Shown one piece after another: positions 42,400-53,384 of a DNA stretch of 64,000 nt. The notes under the pieces are model-generated. The model did not search any database. It worked only from the letters and a program-made list of their open reading frames with translations, and was not told where the DNA came from. This DNA comes from Lytechinus pictus. Its lineage: Eukaryota. The DNA lies in NCBI RefSeq assembly GCF_037042905.1, contig NC_087247.1, positions 63,123,097 to 63,187,096 on the forward strand. The letters run 5' to 3'. Every line of letters starts with the position of its first letter. The stretch's first letter is position 1. The position numbers and the translations under genes were made by a program.

Positions 42400-43680
42400 G
42401 GGGGGGGGGGGGCGAGCCGGCCCGCCCCCCCCCTATTTTTTGGCAACCCCAACAAAAAAAACTTGAGAGAAACGCTAAAAACAGAAAGAAAAGTTCGAAG
42501 GGGGTATTATACCCATGTTTAATTTACGGCCTCGTAACTGCCGGCCCGATCCCCACAGAGGCCTACTCGCAGTGGCACCGCACTCTGCATTGATTCACAT
42601 GCAGGGAAACCACGCTACCGCAACTGCGCATCAAGACATTGTCCTGCACATTGGGTTTCCTGCACTCCATCAAAGGCCGATTAGCTCAGCATAGGACGAT
42701 TACCTTATGCGCACAAGTAGGCCGTAAAACATTAAAAAATGCCTACAATGTCCCGTTTCCAGGCCTTAATATCAGATTTCGAGCTCTCATTAATATTAGA
42801 TGATAAAAGAAATGTATTAAGAATGCCCAGAGTCTATGGCCCGTATTCTGAAGTCAGGTTTAAGTTAAACCTGACTTCAGAATACGGACCTATAGGTCTA
42901 AATCTCAAAAACACGTGCACACAATAGATACGCAGTTTTTTTCTCAAAAGGTGCTTGAATTATCCAGTTTCATATCAGAATATCACAAATTTTCATCTCG
43001 AGCTTCGCGCTTGCATTTTGTAGGAAGATACCCAATTTGTCATCCTTTTCGGGATTTACGAAACATGAATAGTGTGTCCCGTTGTTAGGTCTATATCTCA
43101 TTTTTGTTCGCTCGCGCTTCGCGCTCGCATGAAATGTTTAGTTATATACTTATCCTATCTATGATTATAAAAAGTGCTTAGAATGTCAAATTTTTAGGTC
43201 AAAATATCAAAAAATTTCAGCTCGCGCTTCGCGCTCGCATTATTTGATCATTGAAATATGTATCGTTTTCATGGGTAACTGCAAACAGTTCTGTTTTCCA
43301 TCAGGCCAGATCGTATATTAAAAATACCTGCTCGCGATTCGCGCTTGCAGTAGTTATTTAGTTACATACACATCTTGTTCACGATCACAATCATTGCTCA
43401 ATATGTTCAATTTTCAGGACAAAAAAAGAAGACATTTCCTAAAAAAAAAAGCTTGCGCTTCGCGCTTCTACTATTCAATTAGGGCTTATATGAGAATATT
43501 ATTTATTAATTTATGTTTTGTTAGAATAAAGCTAAGAAGTGACTACCACTTCAAAGAAAAAAATACAAATCAACTTTGAGCTGCCGATCGGGGAAAATAT
43601 GAGTAATTTTTATTTTCGGCCCCCCTATTAGCGAAAGCTGGATCCACCCCTGACTAGCGAGGTAACTCTTTGACAATGGT
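42400..43680 (+). mobile_element. S-family satellite-bearing element copy
   Basis: GCTCGCGCTTCGCGCTCGCAT units at 42990-43480. The right end GAGCTGCCGATCGGGG...AGCTGGATCCACCCCTG is homologous to 10560-10660. A perfect 26-bp hairpin lies at 42838-42895. G12/C9 runs sit at the left end. Confidence 0.65.
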
Positions 43681-43721
43681 ACATCACCTAGTTTCATGAC
43701 TTCAAATTATAATAAATATAG

Positions 43722-43854
43722 GATAATGACGGATGGTGGACATGGAACCTCAACGATTTGGAGACAGAATTCGGAGTTGATTGCAGAGCTATTACTGCAG
43801 CTCTTCATAACCCTAAAGACAGCTTCTGCTTGGTTGACAGTTTAGTGGACAAAT
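43722..43854 (+). CDS. PARP4: PARP4-like exon Z (C-terminal region similar to the MVP-interaction domain)
   Basis: Acceptor aaatatag|GAT, donor AAAT|GTAAGT, ending in phase 1. Translation DNDGWWTWNLNDLETEFGVDCRAITAALHNPKDSFCLVDSLVDK resembles human EDGFWKLTPELGLILNLNTNGLHSFLKQKGIQSLGVKGRECLLDLIAT. Confidence 0.7.
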
Positions 43855-44401
43855 GTAAGTATGTGTTATTATCACATAGATTTCACGTAAGGGAATGTTC
43901 TTCTCATTTACGTGATTACAGTAGATTTTTACGCGACACCATCCTGCATCTATTAGATTGATGATGCACCTAAATTTGAGATGGCTTTCATTAACAATCA
44001 AGGGATGGAAATGGAATACGATTCTAAAACTGGTTTAGTTATTAGGGATACCGATGTGACCAGTCATTTAACTTCTATCCCGTTACACCAACGATCAGTA
44101 ATACTGGATAAACCATAACCAGATACTTAGCAATACCCATACTCCATGGCCAAATATTATTACGTGCGGAGTTGATATGTGGATTCTTTACTAATAATGG
44201 ATAGCGGTCATGATGTATTTCTTGAGTTAAAAATTATTTAAATGCAGATTGTTCATGATTCAAATCTTCTTTCCTTTTATCAACGCTTTGCCTAAAGTAT
44301 TATACTTTTCAACTGTTGCTATAAATTATAGCCGATAATCGATATTGGTATTTGTTTTGAGCGTAAAAAGAATGGTATACAATCGTATCTCCTTCTTGCA
44401 G

Positions 44402-44709
44402 GGATGTCATCGATGGATGAAATCAAGACGATTGTAGCATCGGCTCTAGTGCTGTCTATTTTTGATACATGGGTATCACGGGTAGAATTCATGGTTTCTA
44501 TACTGATGAAAGATGACCCTGAAATTCTCTTTATTCCTGCTCAAATACAAGAGTGGTTTAAGCATTGCTTACCCATTGATGTCATTCAGTTACACACTAT
44601 GGCCTTTGGCGAATCATCCACCTGGTCTTCAATCCTGGAGCGATTTCCACCTGATGTCATCGAGGATGTTATACGGCCTATCAGGAATTGCATGATCAAT
44701 ACTCGTTAA
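44402..44709 (+). CDS. PARP4: PARP4-like terminal exon AA (stop codon at 44707-44709)
   Basis: Acceptor ccttcttgcag|GG. Translation (W)MSSMDEIKTIVASALVLSIFDTWVSRVEFMVSILMKDDPEILFIPAQIQEWFKHC...NTR* resembles human ..DLIATMLVLQFIRTRLEKEGIVFKSLMKMDD. Confidence 0.7.
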
Positions 44710-45627
44710 AACGGAAAACCGGCATCATCTTCAATGTTAAAAAAAAGTTGGTTTTATTTTAAAGAAATATACGACTACCTCTCGCCATTTTCGATACACA
44801 GTGGTAAATTTTGACGTTATAGATATATCTTTCTATGTGAATATGGTGCCTTCATTGAATCCAATTAATCGTGAAATGAAAATGATCAACCAATTCCCCA
44901 ACTATATTATGTACATGAGAATACATGAGCCCGAGGAAAGGGTTGTGTCAGAGGTTTTTTTTCCCCTGTTTGTGAGTAGCTCACGGTGCCCTCTAAAATA
45001 CCTTAGTTTGTAAATTTCACTCGATTCGATTGTACGTGTTTATTTTATGATTCTGCAACATAGCTTCATGATTTCATGTATGAATATCTACAATCCAGAA
45101 TGTGACATGCCATTATTCGTAAAATATTACCAGTATTGATATAATGTACACGTTTATAATCATAATGTTAAACAAAGGTAATTGAGATGGATCTTGTTTA
45201 TATATAATTAAAAAATATAAATTTGTAAGAGTTACATATCTTATCTCCAAGTAAAGTAAAAAAGATATTGACAGGTTTTTTTAATATCTAAATTTTATAT
45301 ACCCTCACTTGCCATATGTATTTTCCCATTTAGATAATGAATAACGTTTTACACATTTTATTGCATATGTAAAGAAGTGAGTTTTATCTGCTATGTGGTA
45401 CATGATGTGATGTCTTTTCATCACGTACAACTCATTAACGTGTCAAGAAAGATTTTTTCATACCGAAATTACGGCCACACTGTATTTGATTGTAGAGAAA
45501 ACAACAACACCGCAGCAATAAAGAAAGTTAATTTACCCCAAAAATAAAAGATTCGTGTAAATGGTACGATATATTTTTGGCAAATGAGGGTATATTGTTT
45601 GTTAAGAGGAACCATGTCAGTTACACA

Positions 45628-45800
45628 GCAAAAAACCAAGAGCTAATTTAGCTCTTAAAGAGCGTATATAGTGACTACACTTCGGAGTGCTGATTTGTCT
45701 AGTTCAAATTTGAACGAGAAAAATCAGCACTCCGAAGTGCAGTCACTATACACGCTCTTTAAGAGCTAAATTAGCTCTTCGTAGCTCTTCGTTTTTTAGA
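45628..45800. mobile_element. Palindromic MITE, family 'C', copy 2
   Basis: AGCTAATTTAGCTCTTAAAGAGCGTATATAGTGACTACACTTCGGAGTGCTGATTT is a hairpin homologous to the copy at 33973-34142. Confidence 0.75.
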
Positions 45801-46924
45801 GTATATGCAGGAAAAAATGAAATATGCTCACCGTCAAGGATAGAGATAATCAACAAAATAAACGAAGAATATTCCACTTTTACTAGTTTCTTTTGATCTT
45901 CAGAAAGTGAAATAAAAATATAAATATATATACATATATATATATATAATGTATATAATAGATTTTAAAAAAATGTAGTAAGAACCTTTTCAGTTACATA
46001 AGAATCTGTTCACTATCATTGTCATTGAATATTGATCCCCAAACCTGAATGTTTGCACATATTACAGATGAAGAAAGAGGACACCAATGACAATGTCATG
46101 AGAACATCCAGTAATCCACAGAATCGCAGAATTAAGAATGCGATCATATTCTTATGTAATTTCGTAAAATGTCCTCTTTACAAGATGGCATTTACATAAT
46201 TAAATTCAATATTAACATTTTTGAATAATTTTGTGATATCACAATCTTTTCTATTACATTACTAGGCAATGATTGAAATATCGAAATTATAAAGCATTAT
46301 CAGAGAAACTGAAATTATTCAAAACAATGTTATGATGATTCCAACAATTATCATATACATTTTATCACAACTATAGACTGTATCCAAGAACATCTATAAA
46401 TTTTGTTACTTACCTTTTTCCAGACGATAGTATTAAATGAATATTTTGTAGATTTTTAATCCGTAGTTTTGAATTGTGTTAAATGATGCTGATATTAAGA
46501 TTTCAGATTTCAATTCATTATTTGATATAAGGTAAAAGTATACAAAAAAGAAATGATTCACGATCAAAAATTAATCTACATGTATACACGCATACATACA
46601 CACCCTCACGCACACACACATGTATGTATGTGTGTATGTATGTATGTATATATAAACCCCTCAAAAAAGTTTGTATATCTGAGTTTGGCCATTTATTTAT
46701 CCCAACTCCCAATTTTACACAATGCAAATTTGATATCAATCAAAAGATCATTCAATTCTATTTAAAATGATACCATGCTTGTTATGATCATCATCACGAA
46801 AAGAGCAGGATTCAAAAGTGTTGGATGAGGTCTGAATTGAAAAGCTGCAAAACGAGCAGAAATTGTCATGGAGGGTCAATAAAGAACATGATTTTGTCTG
46901 TGTAAAAAAAGATGAAAATCCATT

Positions 46925-48326
46925 CAAATCAAGCCTCTGGCCCTTCTTTGTCTCACCTGCGAAGCAGAGTGAGACTGTAGGCACCGCACAGTGGGCCAGA
47001 ATGAACCCAAAGTGCGCCAAAACCCATAATTCACACATTTGTACGATTAAATTTGGTAGTTAGGGGTAATTTCACCCGTAGAATTCAATAAAAGCATTTT
47101 CAAATATTGATGACGTCGTTAAAATACTGTTTTCTGATTGGCTGTTAACAAATGAGAAGAAATTACATATTTCTAATTCTACAATAAGTTTCAAATTTTC
47201 AGAAACTAGTTTTAGAGAAATTTCAGCAATAATTAGGCATATTAGCAAACAGCAAACACACAAACAGGCAAACAAACAAGAAAAATCTGTGCTCGGGGTA
47301 CAAATAATTCAATTGGTGACTTGAGTATCGTTTAAAGAGGGCGCCCTACCATGAATCCGGAATTGTAAAATTCAAAGTGAAATTGAAAAAAAAAATGGAA
47401 AGGAGTATTTTCATTCCCTGGGTACAATGATTAACCACACCTACATGAATTAAAATGGATTGATACCGGAAGTGGACAGTGAAATCTTTAAAATAATGAT
47501 TCCAGTTATAAATAATAGAGGCCGGGTCCTCTGCATGTTAATCAGTACAAGGCCCTACAAGGCCTACCTATTTCACCAAGAACGGCGGATACATAGTTAT
47601 TCCGAATCAGAGTCTCTCTATCTCACCAACTATTATGTCTTTGGTGAGTGGATCTTTTAGCATACTTTGAACATCAGAGGGAAGAGGGTGTGATTGTTGT
47701 ACTCTTAAAAACTTGCTACTAATCACAATGTCACCTGTTACCATTAGTCTGTGGAATACATATAAAGTCAATGAGAGTCATAAACCAAACAATCCTTGAA
47801 ATGATAATATACACTACCTTCTTGATCGATACTAACAATTATAGCAAATTTAGAGTGAGCCAAGAGATAAACGAATTCATACGTGTATGTGAAATTACAA
47901 ACCTTTTTTTTTGGGGGGGGGGGCGGATAAATACTGATAATGATAAGGCAACTTATGCATGTAATAGAGCCCACGTATATCCCATCTCTGCCCTATACAT
48001 ATTTTCATATTTTGTCAGAAAACTGCGTGAGACCTATCACATCCCTAGTCATGTGTGTTATATGGATATACAGTAGCCCCTACTTGGTTTATGAACAACA
48101 AAACAAATATATAATCTTACCCGGGAATCTTGCCTTAAGAATTAATCTTCTCAGGATGACAGCATATCAGATATGGAACACGGGGTGGAACAGTTTGGCA
48201 TCAAAATGAAGTTGTGTTACATGTATTATTATATAGTTAGTGGAATTGGACATGAAAGCTTGCCTTTACGTATGTTTAACGAAAATATTTTAAAGGCAGA
48301 CACCAGTCACAAGAGCCAGACATCCC

Positions 48327-48362
<36 letters not shown>

Positions 48363-50600
48363 CCCAGCACGCGACGGGGAGTTTGTTTAATGTCACCCGC
48401 AACGTTCGGCACGCGCATAATGGGACACTAACTTGGAACGATTTTTGTGATAAATACGGCGAACATGTGGTTGGAAAATTGGTTATATCTCCAGAAAATG
48501 CACGTATATGCAGCTAAATTTGGTATCAGTGTAAAGCATGAACTATAACAAAGACCGTCATGGTATTTACAGAGCAGCAATCGGCAGCAATTTGTAAAAG
48601 AAATGCTCATGAAAAAACCAATTTCCAAAAACCCCCATTGTCAAATGGTTTCGTCCAAAATTGCCTCTGAAGGGATTATCATTTTATCTTGAAAATCTTT
48701 GATCACTGAAAACAATCATTTATCAAAGAGCACAGTGAATTAGAAATAAATTAAGCAATCCGTTTTGTTAAAACAGTGAAATATCTAAAACGTGTCATTT
48801 ACACATGCGGTAGCCGTAAAGAGTCATTTTCCGGTAATATTGAATAAAAATGAGCAACTAATAATCAATGTAATGGAGAAATATTGTATGGAGGCATTAT
48901 ACAGGTTATTATCTTTGATTAGAACATGAAAAAAAAACAAAATTTGGTTCATGACCAAAAACCAGTTTTGGCGCACTTTTGCTCTCTCCTGGCCCACTGT
49001 GCGCCGGTTTTCCGACGGCGGCGTCAACACCAAATCTTAACCGAAGGTTAAGTTTTTGAAATGATAGCATAACTTAGAAAGTATATGGACCTACTGTAGT
49101 TCATGAAACTTGGCCACAAGGTTAATCAAGTATTACTAAAGACCCTGCTTGAGTTTCAGGTCACATGATCAAGGTCAAAGGTCATTTAGGGTCAATGAAC
49201 TTAGATCATGTTGTTGGAATCAACATCAAAATCTTAACCTAAGGTTACGTTTTTTGAAATGTCATCATAACTTAAAAAACATATAAACCTAGTTCATGAA
49301 ACTTTGACATAAGGTCAATCAAGTATCACTGAACATCCTTCAGCTTACATGATCAAGGTCAAATGCCATTTAAGGTCAATGAACTTTGGCCACGTTGGGG
49401 GTATTTGTTGAATTACCATCATAACTTTGAAAGTTTATTGGTCTAGTTCATAAAATTTGGATATAAGAGTAATCAAGTATCACTGAACATCCTTCAGCTC
49501 ACATGATCAAGGTCAAATGTCATTTAAGGTCAATTAACTTTGGCCACGTTGGGGGTATTTGTTGAATTACCATCATAACTTTGAAAGTTTATTGGTCTAG
49601 TTCATAAAATTTGGATATAAGAGTAATCAAGTATTTCTTAACATCATGTGCGAGTTTCAGGTCACATGACCAAGGTCAAAGGTCAATGAACTTTCGCCAT
49701 GTTGGGGGCATCTGTTGAATTACCATCATAACTTTGAATGTTTATGGATGTGATTCATGAAACTTGGACATAAGATTGTAATCAAGTATCACTGAACATC
49801 CTTCAGCTCACATGATCAAGGTCAAATGTCATTTAAGGTCAATTAACTTTGGCCACGTTGGGGGTATTTGTTGAATTACCATCATAACTTTGAAAGTTTA
49901 TTGGTCTAGTTCATAAAATTTGGATATAAGAGTAATCAAGTATCACTTAACATCATGTGCGAGTTTTAGGTCACATGACTAAGGTCAAAGGTCGTTTATG
50001 GTCAATAAACTTTAACTATGTTGGGGTTATTTGTTGAATTACCATTATAACTCTGTAAGTGTATTGGTCTAGTTCATAAAACTTGGACATAAGAGTAATC
50101 AAGTAACACCGAACATCATGTGCGAGTTTCAGGTCACATGACTAAAGTCAACGGACTTTGGCCATGTTGGGGTTATTTGTTGAATAACCATCATAACTCT
50201 AAAAGTGTATGTATCTAGTTCATGAAACTTAGACATAAGAGTAATCAAGTATAACTGAACATCTCATGCGAGTTTCTTGTCACATGATCAAAGTCAAATG
50301 TCATTTAAGGTCATCGAACTGTGGCCATTTTGGAGGTAATTATTAGATTGCTGTCATAAATTTCAAAGTTTATAATAAAGTTTATAAAATGTGGATATAG
50401 AGGTAATCAAGTATCACTGACAAGTCTTAGGTCGCATGATCAAGGTCAAATGTCATTTATTGTCAATGAACGAAGTATTTTATCATTATATGAATGGTGT
50501 TTTTTGTGAATAATTATTTTATGGTAGTTTTCAAAGTCAGCACTGCTGCTATATTGAATCGCGCGATGCAGGTGAGACTGCCAGAGGCGCTCCACTTGTT
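46925..50600 (+). mobile_element. TIR element carrying a ~175-bp satellite, with a nested ~1.95-kb insertion in its 5' end
   Basis: The 5' end TCTCACCTGCGAAGCAGAGTGAGACTGTAGGC and the 3' end ATGCAGGTGAGACTGCCAGAGGCGCTCCACTTG at 50560-50600 are homologous to the short copy at 57765-58255. The inverted 35-bp pair 46985-47020 and 48955-48990 brackets the inserted segment. The satellite spans 49030-50480. Confidence 0.6.
49030..50480 (+). repeat. Tandem satellite, ~175-bp unit x ~8, each unit containing AGGTCAAAGGTCA-type direct repeats
   Basis: Units recur with TAACTTTGAAAGTTTATTGGTCTAGTTCATAAAATTTGGATATAAGAGTAATCAAGTATCACTGAACATCCTTCAGCTCACATGATCAAGGTCAAATGTCATTTAAGGTCAAT. Confidence 0.9.
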
Positions 50601-50949
50601 GATGTTTTGTTGTGGTTTATGTAGTGATGGTTCTGTGAGATAACATGGTTTGAGTCGTGGTTTAAAATCAAATGCCCATGCATGTTTGTTTGTTATGTGT
50701 TTGCTTGTGCAGAGTTGTGTTTGATTCCATGTTAATGTTGATGTTAAGGTGCATGAAACAAAAGAAACCGCTGAGAAACTCGCTCATCACCATGGAAAAA
50801 AAGGACAGTGACTTTCAACATTGTGTAATTTTGCAACTTTTGAATTTTGACCTTGCCCCACATTTCAAGGCACTGCATCTCCATGTGAACCATAACCATA
50901 TCATGGAGGAAACCATTTTAAAGAAAATTAGATGATCTATTATTGGTAC

Positions 50950-53360
50950 CAATCACACATTAATATTCTCTAAAACTGAGGAGGGATTATCGATCAAAGA
51001 CAGATTTCTAAACTTTTTTGAGGAGTTTATATATATATATATATATATAAACACATAAGGGTGTGTGTGTGCGTGCGTGTGTGTGTGAGTGTATGTATCA
51101 CAAAGGCAGGGAGTGATTACACTATTAGAAAAGGAAGGCAAAAACCCTTTATACATTCAAAACTATAGACCAATCACGCTTTTAAATGTTGATTACAAGA
51201 TCTTATCAAAGGTATTAGCAAAAAGATTGAAAAAGGTTCTGAATGAGATAATTCATATTGATCAAATAGGGTATGTTGAAAATAGGAACATTGGAGATGG
51301 TGTGAGATTAATCGATGATATTTTATTTCAGTCCTCTTTTGGAAATATTGGATATTTGATCACGGTGGACTTTAAAAAGGCTTTTGATTCTGTTTCCCAT
51401 GATTTTCTTTTTCAGACTCTTAAATTATTTGGATTTGGCCAGTCTTTCTGTTCTTGGGTTCGTGTTTTATATACAGATATAACTAGTTGTATTATGAATG
51501 GAGGTTATTCCACTGGTTATTTTGATATAAAACGAGGGGTAAGACAGGGGGACCTCCTTTCTCCTTATATGTTTTTGCTGTGTATAGAAACACTAGCTTT
51601 GGCAATAAGAAGAGACGCTCTAGTTGAAGGAATTCAGTTTGGATCTCATGAAATTAAGCAAATATTGTATGCCGATGATATCACTCTGTTTGTTAAAAAT
51701 AGCAATTCTGTTAAACGGCTTAAATATCTTTTGGAAGAATTCGAAAAAGTGAGCGGTCTGAAGATAAACAAAGGGAAAACTAACTTTTTTTGGATGGGAA
51801 AAGATCAAGACAGACCTCAAACTCCGCTATTTGGAAATTTGGTTCAGCAAATTAAAATCTTAGGCGTTTATTTCTCTCTAAATGTAATAATAAAAGAAGA
51901 TCTCAACTTCAAAGAGATACTTAGCAAAATAAAAAGACTTTTGGGATGGTGGAAACAAAGGGATCTAACCCTAATGGGTAAAATACATTTGTTGAAAAGT
52001 TATGCATTATCAAAATTAAATTACGTCTCGTCACTTTTAGTTGTTCCTAACTGGTTGTTCGTTGAGGTGGAACGGATCACTTTTGAGTTTTTATGGTCAG
52101 GTAAAGACCGTATAAAGAGAAACATTATGTATCAGGATTACTCACACGGTGGGTTAAGAATGATGAATTTTAAGTTGTTCATAAAGGCCCAACGTCTAAT
52201 GTGGCTGAAACGTCTATTATACGGGGAACGCAATGCTGGGTGGAAATTGTATTTTGATTTCTGTTTTAGATCACTCGGTGGGAGACTGTTATTTCTATGC
52301 GATTTTGATAATTACAAATTAACACAGACAATGCCACAATTTTATTCTGAAATGCTGAAGGCTTGGCAAGATATGAGAAAATATAGATATACAAAAGAGG
52401 AAGTAAACCCGATTATATTTAATAATAAGAATGTATGTGTAAGAGGTAAAATGATTTTTGATATTGATCTTTATAATAAGGGAATATACACTGTAGATCA
52501 TATTTTTGATAACGGGGTTGTGAGACCTGTGGCTTATTTTCAAAATCTTGGGGTAACCGCAGATGAACTGCTCCACATTATTGATATAGTACATGCTATT
52601 CCAACTACTTGGAAAAATGCCTATAGCTCTATTAAATTTATAAAGATTGACGATGAGAACTTCAATGTTAATTGGAATATCAGTAAGCTGGAAACTACTT
52701 TTGAGGTGATTAAATAAAAAACGATTTATAGTTGTTTTGTTGAAAATTTACGGGAAACTTATAATTTAACATTGAAAGATAAAAACATTAATTTGAATTT
52801 TACAGATGTTGAAATGTGTAATAGGCTTGCCCAAACCAGGAGCATAACTTTGATTAGGAAACAAAGAGAATTCCAGTTCTTACTTTTACACGGGGCGATT
52901 TATACCAAAGAACAGTTATTGAGATTTGGGTATGTTAAAGACAGTTTATGCTCTTTTTGTGGCAGAGAAACCGAATCATACATTCATATTTTTCTAAATT
53001 GTTCCAAGGTAAAACCTTTATGGGAATTTTTTATTAAATATTTCTGTATGTCTGAATTAAGAGATTTAGAATGGAGAGATATACATTTGGGATTATCTGG
53101 AAGTACGAATAAAAATAATTGTGTAAACTGTATAATCTTTTTCATCAAATATGCCATTTTCCAATCCAGAACTAATGGTCAGGTTCCTTCCTGCCATAAA
53201 ATACAAAAATATATTGCGGAACGTAGAGAGGAAGAAAAATGCTTAGCTATAAAATCGGGCAAATTGAGTTTGCATGTAAGGAAATGGGAAGAACTGAAGG
53301 TGAATGAGGCAGTGAATGCAAACAGGTGTGAAGCGTCTGCTGGTGCTGTGAGTATGTAAT
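50950..53360 (+). mobile_element. 5'-truncated CR1/L2-like LINE (reverse transcriptase plus C-terminal zinc-finger region) with one in-frame stop
   Basis: ORF 51089-52717 has the RT motifs NYRPITLLNVDYKILSKVLAKRL, KAFDSVSHDFL and YADDITLF. ORF 52772-53359 is in the same frame after a single TAA and contains CSFCGRETESYIHIFLNCSKVKPLWEFF. No endonuclease domain is present. (AT)n(GT)n lies at 51011-51095. Confidence 0.8.
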
Positions 53361-53384
53361 GGTATGTCCGCGTGTGAATGCGAG

